Shown here: piece after piece, positions 9,489 to 19,266 of the stretch
Position numbering within the stretch: position 1 is the first letter of the stretch
How the letters are laid out: every line of letters starts with the position of its first letter
NCBI GenBank assembly: GCA_052246995.1
Contig: JBQPWD010000006.1
Coordinates: 90,970-154,969, forward strand
Length of the DNA stretch: 64,000 nt
DNA from: Candidatus Bathyarchaeota archaeon
Lineage (GTDB): Archaea; Thermoproteota; Bathyarchaeia; Hecatellales; Hecatellaceae
Direction: 5' to 3'
Notes under the pieces: model-generated
Database searches by the model: none
Seen by the model: the letters and a program-made list of their open reading frames with translations, nothing else
What the model was told of the DNA's origin: nothing
Position numbers and translations under genes: made by a program

Positions 9489-10178
9489 TTGACACCTATA
9501 ATAGTGTTTATTCATGGTGCAGGTGGAAACCAAAAAATTTGGATAAATCAAGTTCAACACTTTAAAAATTCGTTAGCTATCAACCTACCTGGCCACGATG
9601 GAGGAGGGGGTAAACGAAGTATTGACGAGTATGTAGAGTATGTTAAACATTTTCTCGACGAAAAAAGTTTAAAAGAGGTTGTTTTAGTTGGGCATTCAAT
9701 GGGTGGAGCTATAGCTCAAATGTTTGCATTAAAATACCCAAACTATTTAAAAGCATTAGTTTTAGTATGTACTGGAGCAAGACTTAGAGTTTTACCAGAA
9801 ATACTTAAGTTGATAAAAGAGAGTTATGGTAAGGCTGTTGAACTCATTGTTAACATGGCTTTCTCAAGGAGTACAAGCCAAACTATTAAAAAACAGTTTA
9901 TAGAAGAGCTACTAAAAGTTAAGCCTGAAGTAGTTTACGGAGACTTTGAAGCATGTGATAAATTTGATATTATGGATCAAATTGCTAATATAAAGGTTAA
10001 AACATTAATCATATGTGGCTCAGAAGACGTATTAACACCTGTAAAATATTCTAAATATCTTAACGAAAAAATAGCTAACTCTGTTTTAAGGATAGTCGAG
10101 GGTTCAGGGCATATGGTTATGCTTGAAAAACCTAAGGAATTTAACAGAACCCTAGAGGAATTTCTTAATCTGCTTTAA
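9489..10178 (+). CDS. alpha/beta hydrolase
   Basis: FIHGAGG, LPGH, GHSMGG nucleophile elbow, GSED, GHMVMLE. Confidence 0.92.
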   Translation: MTPIIVFIHGAGGNQKIWINQVQHFKNSLAINLPGHDGGGGKRSIDEYVEYVKHFLDEKSLKEVVLVGHSMGGAIAQMFALKYPNYLKALVLVCTGARLRVLPEILKLIKESYGKAVELIVNMAFSRSTSQTIKKQFIEELLKVKPEVVYGDFEACDKFDIMDQIANIKVKTLIICGSEDVLTPVKYSKYLNEKIANSVLRIVEGSGHMVMLEKPKEFNRTLEEFLNLL

Positions 10179-10210
10179 ACCAAATTTAAAAAGGAAATTT
10201 CAAGATACTT

Positions 10211-11329
10211 CTAGTATACCCAATCTATTTCAAGTTTTTTGTTTGACTGAGTTAGCACCCTAATTATGCTTGTAACCACTATTAGAAGCCATAATGGTGA
10301 GAGTAGAAAGTAGAAGAGGAAAAATTCTGCAGGATTAAACATGTAATTTAATTTTCTTGCTAAAAGGTAGTAGAGAATGGTGCCAGCTACATAGCTTCCT
10401 AAAAGCAAAGTTAAATTTTTCATTAGTACTATGAGAAAAATTAAAAACGTTGTTGGTATTAAGAAACCTAATTTTGAAGTTAAAAATGTTAAAAATAAAA
10501 CTGCTAAACTTTCAGAGGAAATGCTTGGAAAAAAGAAATTTACAATAAAAATGGGTAAAAAAGGAGAAAGAATAAAAATTGATGGTATCAAAGTTTTTGG
10601 AAATTTAACAGTGACCTTTGCTAAAAGTTTGTAGTATTCCTTTATCCATAAAGCAGTTCCTGTTCCCCAGCGTTTTCTTTGCCTGTACCATGCCTTAAGA
10701 TTTGAGGGAACTTTTGTATAAACCTCAACCTTTTCAGATTGTTTAAACCTTAAATTTTCTAGAAAAGACCGTGTTCCAAGGTCTAGGTCTTCGGAAACAA
10801 CCCTTCTAAAACCACCTAATCTTTCAAATGATTGTCTTTTTATTGCAAAAGCTGCACCGTTGAAACCTAGACATTTTTTTAATGTTTTAAAGAAAATCCA
10901 GTTGGCAATAGTATTACACAGGTAATCGTAATGTGTTATTTTTGCAATAAAAGAATCTCTAATGGACTTCTTTTTTATGTCAAGCAAATCAAAATCTGAG
11001 ATTTCCTCAACTATTGTCTTAAGAAAGCTGTTACCGTTTATATTTTCAGGTATTTGCACGTCGCTATCAAGAAACAAAAGAATGTCTCCTTCAGAATGTT
11101 TAAATGCCTCATTTAACGCGTTGGCTTTTCCAAGCCTGTGACCATTAAGAATAAATTTAACTTTATCCTTCAGTTTTTCAACCAATTCTAAGCTTTTCTC
11201 TGAGGGTTTATCTATAACACAGACAACATCCTTCATTGTGTAGGGGTCTTTAATCAAGCGTTGAAGTAAAGGTTCAAGTAAGCTGCTTTCCCTGTAAACT
11301 GGTATAAGCACACTTATTTTTTGCGACAC
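10211..11329 (-). CDS. family 2 glycosyltransferase with C-terminal TM helices
   Basis: ISVLIPVYRE, GKANALN, FLDSD, SEDLD, QRKRW. Confidence 0.9.
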   Translation of the reverse strand: MSQKISVLIPVYRESSLLEPLLQRLIKDPYTMKDVVCVIDKPSEKSLELVEKLKDKVKFILNGHRLGKANALNEAFKHSEGDILLFLDSDVQIPENINGNSFLKTIVEEISDFDLLDIKKKSIRDSFIAKITHYDYLCNTIANWIFFKTLKKCLGFNGAAFAIKRQSFERLGGFRRVVSEDLDLGTRSFLENLRFKQSEKVEVYTKVPSNLKAWYRQRKRWGTGTALWIKEYYKLLAKVTVKFPKTLIPSIFILSPFLPIFIVNFFFPSISSESLAVLFLTFLTSKLGFLIPTTFLIFLIVLMKNLTLLLGSYVAGTILYYLLARKLNYMFNPAEFFLFYFLLSPLWLLIVVTSIIRVLTQSNKKLEIDWVY

Positions 11330-11529
11330 CGTTCCACCTACACCAACAGAAATAGCAATTTTAACCTACATTCCCACTACTTTTCTATTTGTCTTAATAT
11401 AGGCATGCATAATATAAACATACACTAAATTTTTGTTAAGAGCAACAGCTTTTTATTTCTTTCTCAAGAAATTACCTTATACAATAAGGTATTGTTTTTA
11501 AAACTTATTAAGTAAAAGGAGTCACAAAA

Positions 11530-12546
11530 ATGAAACACAAGACGAGGCTTAGCTTGAAAAATCTAATCATGGCGCTTGCCGGCCTTCTTTTGTTAGGATT
11601 TTTTCTTTTCACAGCGTCAGACTTAGAGGTTGTACTTAACCATGTTGTTTTGGCTAGGAAAGCTATGTACTCTTTAGCTTTTCTTTCGTTAATTGCTGGG
11701 GTGGTAGCTTACACCGCATCATGGTACGTTGTAGCTAAAACTGCAAAGCTTAATCTTAGCTTTAATTTTGCCTTAGCTACTACATGGAGCAGCATATTCT
11801 TTAATATTGTAACGCCTACAGCATCCGTAGGTGGAGAGATTGCACGCATCTACTTTGTCAGCCGTAAAAATGGTGAAGATTACGGAAACATAACTGCAAC
11901 AGTCCTTCTTCATAGGGTTGCTTGTACAATACCGTTTTTGACAGGTTCAGTAGTAGGCCTTGCCTATCTACTCAGTTTTTATAAAGTTTCGCTTATTTTG
12001 TTTCAAGTATTAGTTTTAATCTTGGCTGTTATAAGCGTAATTTTAACTTTTACTATAATACTCTACATTAAACCTAACATTTTTTTCGCCATACTTCTTA
12101 GGCTGATAGGATTTTTCGGTAGAAAACAGGGAAAATTAAGAAGCATAACCAAAAGAATTCAAGATGTTGCCCTAAGATTTGACGAAAGCTTTAAAAACCT
12201 AAAAGCTAAAAGAGGAGTTCTCGTTATTTCTGTAAGCTTAGCCTTTGTTTCTTGGATTTTTGATGTTGCGGTAGCATACTTTGTTTTTCTCTCGTTAAAT
12301 TATTCATTAAGCTTTTCAGCTATAATTTTCGTTTACACGATAGGTATGACTATTCAGATGCTTCCAGTAGGAATACCTGGTATGATAGGTGTGGTTGAAA
12401 CAATAATGCCAATCCTTTATAACGTTATGGGAGTGCCTTTAAACCTCGGTATAGCTGCAACATTGATGATAAGGTTGGTTATGTTGTGGTTTCAGGCTGC
12501 TTTAGGAGGTATCTTTACACTTATTACGCAAAAAACGTTAAAATAA
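11530..12546 (+). CDS. lysylphosphatidylglycerol synthase TM / UPF0104 flippase-like membrane protein
   Basis: FNIVTPTASVGGEIAR, LPVGIPGMIGVVE; multi-TM. Confidence 0.85.
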   Translation: MKHKTRLSLKNLIMALAGLLLLGFFLFTASDLEVVLNHVVLARKAMYSLAFLSLIAGVVAYTASWYVVAKTAKLNLSFNFALATTWSSIFFNIVTPTASVGGEIARIYFVSRKNGEDYGNITATVLLHRVACTIPFLTGSVVGLAYLLSFYKVSLILFQVLVLILAVISVILTFTIILYIKPNIFFAILLRLIGFFGRKQGKLRSITKRIQDVALRFDESFKNLKAKRGVLVISVSLAFVSWIFDVAVAYFVFLSLNYSLSFSAIIFVYTIGMTIQMLPVGIPGMIGVVETIMPILYNVMGVPLNLGIAATLMIRLVMLWFQAALGGIFTLITQKTLK

Positions 12547-12834
12547 AGGTCAACTCTCTAGTAAACTTTTTATCTACGGTTTTTTGCGGGTAATTGCTAG
12601 TTTTTATGTTAGCAGTTTTATCATTTTATTGCATTAAATTATCATTAGTTTGACAGTTTGGCGGGGTTTGGTTAAAAATCCTTTGGTTAGGAATAGCAAA
12701 GTTCATCTTGTAACTGCTTTCGTAAACGTATAACGATAAACCTTAAAGTTGTTGTCATCAGGTATCTACAACCTCTTATTTTTAGGGAGAAAACGTAACA
12801 TTCATATAGTTGTAATAGATAAATCCTAAAGAAA

Positions 12835-13383
12835 ATGATTCCAAAATATTTTTTTCTAACAAAGGGTGTTGGAAGGCATAAAGACTTACTCCAATCTTTC
12901 GAGTTAGCCTTAAGGAATGCAGGTATACATTACTGTAACCTTGTCAATGTTTCAAGCATAGTACCACCTGGATGTAAACTTACATCAAAAGAAAAGGGGT
13001 TAAAAATGCTTAGCCCTGGAGAAGTAACTTTTGTTGTTTTATCTAGGAATTCAACAAACGAACCTCATAGGCTTATTGCAGCCTCAATAGGTGTAGCTAT
13101 ACCTTCAGGTAAAAATAACTATGGATACCTTTCAGAATACCATTCTTTTGGACAAACAGATGAAGCAGCTGGAGAGTATGCTGAAGACTTGGCGGCAACT
13201 ATGCTTGCAACAACCATGGGGATACCCTTTAACCCTGAAACAGCTTGGGATGAGCGAAAACAGCAATTTAAAGCAAGTGGGTTGATAATTAAAACAACTA
13301 ATATAACTCAATCTGCTACAGGAGATAAAAACGGTTTATGGACAACAGTTATCGCGGCGGCAGTATTCATACCACCAAAATAG
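12835..13383 (+). CDS. pdaD: pyruvoyl-dependent arginine decarboxylase
   Basis: [22 protein letters not shown] (Ser-Ser cleavage site), [18 protein letters not shown]. Confidence 0.92.
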   Translation: MIPKYFFLTKGVGRHKDLLQSFELALRNAGIHYCNLVNVSSIVPPGCKLTSKEKGLKMLSPGEVTFVVLSRNSTNEPHRLIAASIGVAIPSGKNNYGYLSEYHSFGQTDEAAGEYAEDLAATMLATTMGIPFNPETAWDERKQQFKASGLIIKTTNITQSATGDKNGLWTTVIAAAVFIPPK

Positions 13384-13548
13384 TGCTTAAATTTTTTCAG
13401 AAACCTTGCTTTAAACAATAAATAAACTTAAAGCAATTTTTTGTTTTTAAAGTAATACTGAGATGAAGTCATACACATAATTACTTTAGTATCCTGATAT
13501 TAATTGGGTACATTCACCTACCGTTGATGCGTTCAGAGGGAAACATAA

Positions 13549-15255
13549 GTGACCGCAGAAACCGTGGTAGGTTTAGTAATAGCAGGTATACTACTTGCAT
13601 GGCTCTTCCGTAAACTTGGACTGTCAGATGTTGTTGGCTATGTTATTGGTGGAGCAATTGCAGCAGCTATTCTAACCATGGTGGGCATTGATGTTGAGGC
13701 TAACCTTGAGTATACCGAGCCATTGAGGTGGCTTGGTTTAACCTTATTCTCGTTCACAATTGGCACCTCAATAGGATTTCGCAAAATTGTAGAAAACCTA
13801 CAGCGGGTTGTGGCCACTGAACTACTTGTCTACGTAGTTTTATGGATTACCACTGGCTTTATTGCATGGATAATTCACCTAGACTATGCAGAAAGAACAG
13901 TCTTCTTCATTCTACTTGTTAATAGCTCAACTGTAGCTTTAGTAGCCTTAGTAAAGCACCAGCATATAACCTCAGAAGCTCTGAAAGAAAGGGCTATTAT
14001 ACAGAGTAGTATGGAAGACGTTTTGCAATTTGTACTATTTACACTGCTGTTTATTGCAGAAATATCGCTAACTAGGGATTTTATTAGAGCTGCAACTCAA
14101 GTAGTTGTAGTTATAGGTCTCACGATTCTTCTCTTCACCTTAGGCAGATACCTCTTGCAGTTTTTAAGTAAAACCACATTTATAGCAGATAAAGACAACA
14201 AGTTTATTATAGCTGTAGGTACAGCACTACTGTTTGCATCTACCGCATCCATGGTTGGATTGCCTCCCCTTTTTGGGGCATTCATAGCGGGAGTATCCTT
14301 TTCTCTTTTTCTGTCATTGGAAGATGTGTCTGACATGATTAATGGACTAAAGAATCTAGGTTTGCTACTTTACTTTACATCAATAGGATCACAGATATAC
14401 TTGAACATCGTGATTTCAAGCAGCCATGACATTGTATTATCCGGTGTAATACTCGGTTTAATTGCCTACGCACTAAGGTTTTTCGGGTTGTTTATTGCGA
14501 CACTCCTTACAGGAGGCAGCATCTCTGAAAGCTTCATCCTAGCGCTACATCTAAGTTTGCTGAGTGAAATGGGCATAATATTTGTGGATACACTTGCACG
14601 TGAAGGAGTAATTTCAAGTAGACCAGTTGCCTTATCCGTAATGGCGGTCTTGGTGTCAATGTTATTGTTTGGAATACTTGCTCCTAAACTTTCTCCAAGA
14701 GCATCTCGATTAGAAAAAATTATACCTCGCGGAATTACCGTTTTTCTTAACAATGTAGGAAAACTTTATGCGAGAAGAGTAGACATCGCTGTAGCCATGC
14801 TTACACCCCTGATAAAATTTACAACGATAGCACTAGCTCTAGCATATCTCAACTCACTCATTTTAAACGCCGTGGATTTCTTTAAACTACCTGTAATAAC
14901 AGCTGTAGTTTTGTCACTAATATTTTCCATAGTACTTATCATAGCCCTCATACGTGCCTTAAGAGGCTTTCTAAACACGTTTCTCAGAGTAGTATCAACA
15001 CCCGTTAGAGGTCTGAGTATGGCCTTTAACGTGATGCTGGATGTCCTCGCCGGAGGAGTAGCCCTAGCATTACAAGCATATATTTTCTACGAAACCATAC
15101 AGAGAATAATTGCTAGTGAAACATTACTATCCTACATTATTCTCGTAGCTGGAACGATTTTAATACCAGTACTGTTATACGAGCTGGTTAGATACTACCT
15201 TAAGTTAAAGCAATACCAAAACGGTATCGTGCATGATAAAAAGGTACATTTATAA
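13549..15255 (+). CDS. cation:proton antiporter (CPA2/Kef-like) with extra C-terminal TM region
   Basis: LGLSDVVGYVIGG, NSSTVA, MEDV, LFGAFIAG, YFTSIG. Confidence 0.8.
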   Translation: MTAETVVGLVIAGILLAWLFRKLGLSDVVGYVIGGAIAAAILTMVGIDVEANLEYTEPLRWLGLTLFSFTIGTSIGFRKIVENLQRVVATELLVYVVLWITTGFIAWIIHLDYAERTVFFILLVNSSTVALVALVKHQHITSEALKERAIIQSSMEDVLQFVLFTLLFIAEISLTRDFIRAATQVVVVIGLTILLFTLGRYLLQFLSKTTFIADKDNKFIIAVGTALLFASTASMVGLPPLFGAFIAGVSFSLFLSLEDVSDMINGLKNLGLLLYFTSIGSQIYLNIVISSSHDIVLSGVILGLIAYALRFFGLFIATLLTGGSISESFILALHLSLLSEMGIIFVDTLAREGVISSRPVALSVMAVLVSMLLFGILAPKLSPRASRLEKIIPRGITVFLNNVGKLYARRVDIAVAMLTPLIKFTTIALALAYLNSLILNAVDFFKLPVITAVVLSLIFSIVLIIALIRALRGFLNTFLRVVSTPVRGLSMAFNVMLDVLAGGVALALQAYIFYETIQRIIASETLLSYIILVAGTILIPVLLYELVRYYLKLKQYQNGIVHDKKVHL

Positions 15256-15510
15256 ACATAGGAAATTTGAAAACGTAGAAATTGAATTTTGTCCTAAGTT
15301 AAACGTGATTTTTGAGCTATTAGACTACGGAAAAACTATACTTCGTGTAATCATGAAAAAGCTTTTTGTACGTCTGAATGGGAAAGTAGACTGAAAAGTG
15401 TTCAGTGTTTATTGACAATGTTAACGTGTACTTAGAAAAATCTAGAACAAGAGAAGCCCATTAGAATATTATTTGATGATATTGTATTTAGTCATTCCGA
15501 GTTTGCTTAG
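15233..15510 (+). pseudogene. degenerate SMC/Rad50/OLD-like ABC-ATPase remnant
   Basis: From ATG 15233: MIK...RKFENVEIEFCPKLNVIF...YGKTIL (decayed Walker A context), and later IRILFDD (Walker B-like); interrupted by stops. Confidence 0.45.
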
Positions 15511-15690
15511 CCTTTAGCCTGAAGATTTTCAATAAACCTTAAAAATATCGGATTTACTGCTTTTGCTGATGTTTTTAAAGCTAAGGTAGTTTATATCCCT
15601 ACTTAGAATCCGGTCGTAAGGGTATCCTAGTTCCGGCTCCTAGACGTTGCAGGAACACCATTAAAAATAGGCTCCAAACTTGAGGTATGA

Positions 15691-15777
15691 AGCCCCGGGC
15701 GGGCTTTGAACCCGCGACCTCGACCTTTCTAGCAGGTTTACCAGAGTCGCGCTCTAACCAGGCTGAGCTACCGGGGC
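15691..15777 (-). tRNA. tRNA-Thr(GGU) with 12-nt intron at 37/38 (15727-15738)
   Basis: Cloverleaf GCCCCGG/CCGGGGC, GCTC/GAGC, CGACT/GGTCG, GCGGG-TTCAAAG-CCCGC; U73; intron AACCTGCTAGAA. Confidence 0.92.
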
Positions 15778-15864
15778 GCCTATTGTTGAACTTTTACTTC
15801 TGCTTATGTTTTTCTTATTTTAAATTTAAACTTAATCTTAAACTTTTCCCAGATTTTTAAATTT

Positions 15865-16431
15865 TCATATTTTGCTTAAAATTTCTGCAAAGTTTTTTAG
15901 TATTCTTCCTGTAAGCCCCCATATAACGTTTTTTCCATGTTTAAGTGTGTAGGTTAAGTATTCCTCCTCCATATAGTTGTATACTTCAAGCTGGAAGTTT
16001 TCTGGTTTCAAAATTGAAACTGGAAGTTCAAGGATTTCTTCAACCTCCAAACTATCCTTTTTAAATTTTGGAGCATAGGAAATAAAACCTACAACAGGTG
16101 TTACAATGTAGTTTGATGTTAAGGTTTTATCGTCATCAAGCATACCCAGAATTCTTACATCCGCGGGATTTACACCAACCTCTTCAAAACACTCCCTAAG
16201 TGCCGTGTACTCCAAAGTTTTATCTTCATCAACAAATCTACCTCCAGGGAGGGATATTTGCCCTTTATGAGATTCAACATTTTCAGTACGCTTGGTTAAG
16301 ACAATATAATATTCACAATCTTTCATGTAAAGAAGAATTAAAACTGCAGCTCTTTCACGACCATCTAAAGCTAGTTTTCTTCTAACCCTTGTAGATAAAA
16401 ACTTAGCTAACCTTTCCTCAAGACACATCAT
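15865..16431 (-). CDS. Nudix CoA pyrophosphatase (NudL-like)
   Basis: LTKRT...HKGQISLPGG, ALRECFEEVG, IWGLTG. Confidence 0.9.
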   Translation of the reverse strand: MMCLEERLAKFLSTRVRRKLALDGRERAAVLILLYMKDCEYYIVLTKRTENVESHKGQISLPGGRFVDEDKTLEYTALRECFEEVGVNPADVRILGMLDDDKTLTSNYIVTPVVGFISYAPKFKKDSLEVEEILELPVSILKPENFQLEVYNYMEEEYLTYTLKHGKNVIWGLTGRILKNFAEILSKI

Positions 16432-16747
16432 AGAACATGTAACCTTGCCATGTTCTAGATGAATGTGTGCTTTAAACTTAAAAATAAGGTTTCTGCCTTA
16501 CATAAAAGCAAATTGATTAAGTTTAAGATTGACGTAAATTAAGCTGTAAAAGATCCTTGAATAAGCTTAGCTTTGACTAATAGCGAATGTTAAAAGTTTC
16601 AGTTTCACTAAAAACTACTTTATGAAGCTTTTAAAATCTAAGATGAACTAAATGTATCTATAGCAACCTAACAAGCAACAACTGTTAACTATAACTTCTT
16701 AAGCACGAAACCTCCAAACCTCCATTAGGGGAAGAGGCTAAGCAGGT

Positions 16748-17755
16748 TTGAGATTGCCAGAGTATGTTAGGGTTTCTTTAGGAACATCCACAATTTTAGG
16801 TTTAGAACTTGCCTTTTTAGCTGAAAGGCCTACAACAGCATACCTCCAAACATTTTTTGATGGAAGATGTTCAGCTAACTGTAAATTTTGTGCCCAAGCA
16901 AGAAACAGCACCGCTGAAATTTATAGAATTGCTAGAGCTTTATATCCAGCTTACCAGGTAAAAGCTGTTTTAAATGGCTTGGAAAAAGCTTTTAACACTG
17001 GAAGGATTTTTAGGGTTTGTATCCAAACATTAAACTACCCCTGGATGCTTAATGACCTTAAAAGTTTAGTTAAAAGTATTAAGCTTAAAATTGATGTTCC
17101 AGTTTCAGCTTCAATCCATCCTATTTCTAAAGAGAAAATGGTTGAACTTTATGAGGTTGGAGTTGATAATATTGTTATACCTTTGGATGCGGCTTCAAAG
17201 GATGTTTTTGACGAGGTTAAGGGGTTAAAAGTTGGCAACCCTTATACTTGGGATGTTTACTGGAAAAAGTTTGAGGAGGCTTTAAAAGTTTTTGGTAAAG
17301 GAAGGGTTGGAACACATATAATAGTTGGACTTGGAGAAAAGGAAAAAGATTTAGTTGAAACAATCAAAAAACTTTATGATTTAAGTGTTTACTGCGGCTT
17401 ATTTGCTTTTACCCCGATACCTAAAACATTGTTAGGAGAAGAGAAAAAGCCACCTATAGCAAGTTATAGGATTATCCAGTTGACTCATTACCTTATAGCC
17501 TCAAAAATGTTAAAACTGAGTGACGTATTTTTTGATGAAGAAGGTAAAATTCTTGGTTTTAACTTGGAGAAGAAAAAGCTTTTAGAGATTATTAGCTCAG
17601 GAAAACCCTTTCAAACAACAGGATGCCCACACTGTAATAGACCATTTGCAACAGAAACACCCAATGAAATCTACAACTTTCCAAGGAAGCTTAGGAAAGA
17701 TGAAATTAAACTTGTAACTAAACAACTTTCTGAGAGACTCAAAAGTTGGGGGTGA
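16748..17755 (+). CDS. lipS2: radical SAM lipoyl synthase component LipS2
   Basis: CSANCKFC plus the C-terminal TTGCPHCNRP LipS2 signature. Confidence 0.85.
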   Translation: MRLPEYVRVSLGTSTILGLELAFLAERPTTAYLQTFFDGRCSANCKFCAQARNSTAEIYRIARALYPAYQVKAVLNGLEKAFNTGRIFRVCIQTLNYPWMLNDLKSLVKSIKLKIDVPVSASIHPISKEKMVELYEVGVDNIVIPLDAASKDVFDEVKGLKVGNPYTWDVYWKKFEEALKVFGKGRVGTHIIVGLGEKEKDLVETIKKLYDLSVYCGLFAFTPIPKTLLGEEKKPPIASYRIIQLTHYLIASKMLKLSDVFFDEEGKILGFNLEKKKLLEIISSGKPFQTTGCPHCNRPFATETPNEIYNFPRKLRKDEIKLVTKQLSERLKSWG

Positions 17756-18771
17756 AAACTGAAATTATGAGCGGCGGAGACATTAGGGAAATGCTTGATA
17801 AAGCAAGTTTAGGTTTAGGTTTAACGCTTGAGGAGGCAAAACTCCTGTTTAATGTTGAAGGTGAAAACTTTAAAAAACTTTTAAAAACCTCGCTTCAAAC
17901 ATTTTTTAGAAAAACTGGTGGAAAAGTAAGTTTTTATGAAAAAGCCTTTCCACCTATATCTATTACTGGTTATAATTGTGAGTTAAACTGTAAACATTGT
18001 AACAAATACTACCTTAAACATATGATACCAGTTGAAAACCAAGAAAAACTTGTTAATGTTGGCAGGATTCTTCATAAACAAGGTATTAAAGGTGTTTTGC
18101 TAAGCGGAGGTAGTAGAAAGGATGGAGTTGTTCCTTTAAACCTCTACCTTGATGCAATTAAGATTTTAAAAGAAAAGTTCAACTTTTTCATTGAAGCCCA
18201 TACAGGATTAATAGGTTATGAAGATTCAAACATGCTTGTTAAAGCTGGAGTTGATGCAATGCTTCCTGATGTTGTTGGCGACGTTGAAACCACCATGCAA
18301 GTTTATGGTTTAAACGTCAAGCTGGAAGAATACGAGAAAATGCTTGACGGTATGAAAAAGGCTGGAGTAAAAAATGTTTCTCCCCATGTATGTATTGGAC
18401 TTAACTTTGGCAGGATTAAAGGTGAATTAAATGCTTTAAAAATAGTTTCAAAACATTCCCCGTCAGTTTTAGTTTTAACAATTCTAATTCCCACGGTTGG
18501 AACACCCATGGAAAAAGTTCAACCACCAAAACCTGAAGACGTTGCAAAAATTATTGCTATAGCAAACTTAATGCTACCTGAAACCCCAATCTCCCTTGGA
18601 TGTGTTAGACCAGGAGGAGTCTACAGAAATATTGTTGACAGTTTAGCTATCAAAGCTGGAGTTTCAAGTGTAGCGGTACCCTCAGAGTCAGCTTTAACAG
18701 AGGCTAAAAGATTAGGTTTAAACATTAAAAGGTTTAAGGAAAACATGTGCTGTTGCGCTGTTAATGTTTAG
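17746..18771 (+). CDS. lipS1: radical SAM lipoyl synthase component LipS1
   Basis: CELNCKHC, LGCVRP and terminal CCC (LipS1 GCxR and CC motifs); exact start uncertain. Confidence 0.85.
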   Translation: MGVKTEIMSGGDIREMLDKASLGLGLTLEEAKLLFNVEGENFKKLLKTSLQTFFRKTGGKVSFYEKAFPPISITGYNCELNCKHCNKYYLKHMIPVENQEKLVNVGRILHKQGIKGVLLSGGSRKDGVVPLNLYLDAIKILKEKFNFFIEAHTGLIGYEDSNMLVKAGVDAMLPDVVGDVETTMQVYGLNVKLEEYEKMLDGMKKAGVKNVSPHVCIGLNFGRIKGELNALKIVSKHSPSVLVLTILIPTVGTPMEKVQPPKPEDVAKIIAIANLMLPETPISLGCVRPGGVYRNIVDSLAIKAGVSSVAVPSESALTEAKRLGLNIKRFKENMCCCAVNV

Positions 18772-18837
18772 ATGGAGTAAAAAATTTAACCTTTAAAGAA
18801 TATTCGTTTTTAACAAAGTTTTTAGGTGTAGCAAGGG

Positions 18838-19266
18838 ATGATGGTTGAAGAATTCTACTTCCCAGATAACTTGCTTTACAGTAGAAAACATACATGGGTT
18901 AGAGTTGAGAACGAAAAAGTTACAATAGGTTTAACAAGCTTAGGACAATCTTTAGCTAAAGGTATAGTGCATGTAGACTTGCTACATACTGGTCAAAATG
19001 TTAAAAGAAACGGAATTATAGCTTCGCTTGAAACCATTAAAGCTGTTGTTAAAGTTACATCACCACTAACAGGAAGGATTTTAGAGGTTAATGAGGTTTT
19101 AAAAGAAAAACCTGAAAAAATAAATGACGATCCTTACGGTGAAGGTTGGATATGTAAAATTTATCCAACAAAAAAGGAAGAATTTGAAAAACTTCTAAAC
19201 ATTAAGGAAGCTGCAAAGTATTTTGAGAAAGTTATTAGAAAAGAAAGGGAAAGGTATGAAGATTAA
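18838..19266 (+). CDS. gcvH: glycine cleavage H-type lipoyl carrier
   Basis: YSRKHTWV, LETIKAV (lipoyl-Lys), SPLTG, INDDPYGEGW. Confidence 0.88.
   Translation: MMVEEFYFPDNLLYSRKHTWVRVENEKVTIGLTSLGQSLAKGIVHVDLLHTGQNVKRNGIIASLETIKAVVKVTSPLTGRILEVNEVLKEKPEKINDDPYGEGWICKIYPTKKEEFEKLLNIKEAAKYFEKVIRKERERYED

Noticed and set aside
13459-13497. Possible C/D box sRNA (GATGA...CTGA)
   Set aside because: The C box is non-canonical and there are no convincing internal D'/C' boxes.
15691-15777. Alternative reading as tRNA-Leu(UAG) or tRNA-Ser(GCU) using the intron sequence
   Set aside because: It would lack U33 or correct loop geometry and the long variable arm. The acceptor stem and U73 fit Thr, and the 37/38 intron gives a valid splice motif.
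18838-19266. LbpA of an sHdr sulfur-oxidation system
   Set aside because: It lacks the paired N- and C-terminal cysteines typical of LbpA and no shdr genes are present.
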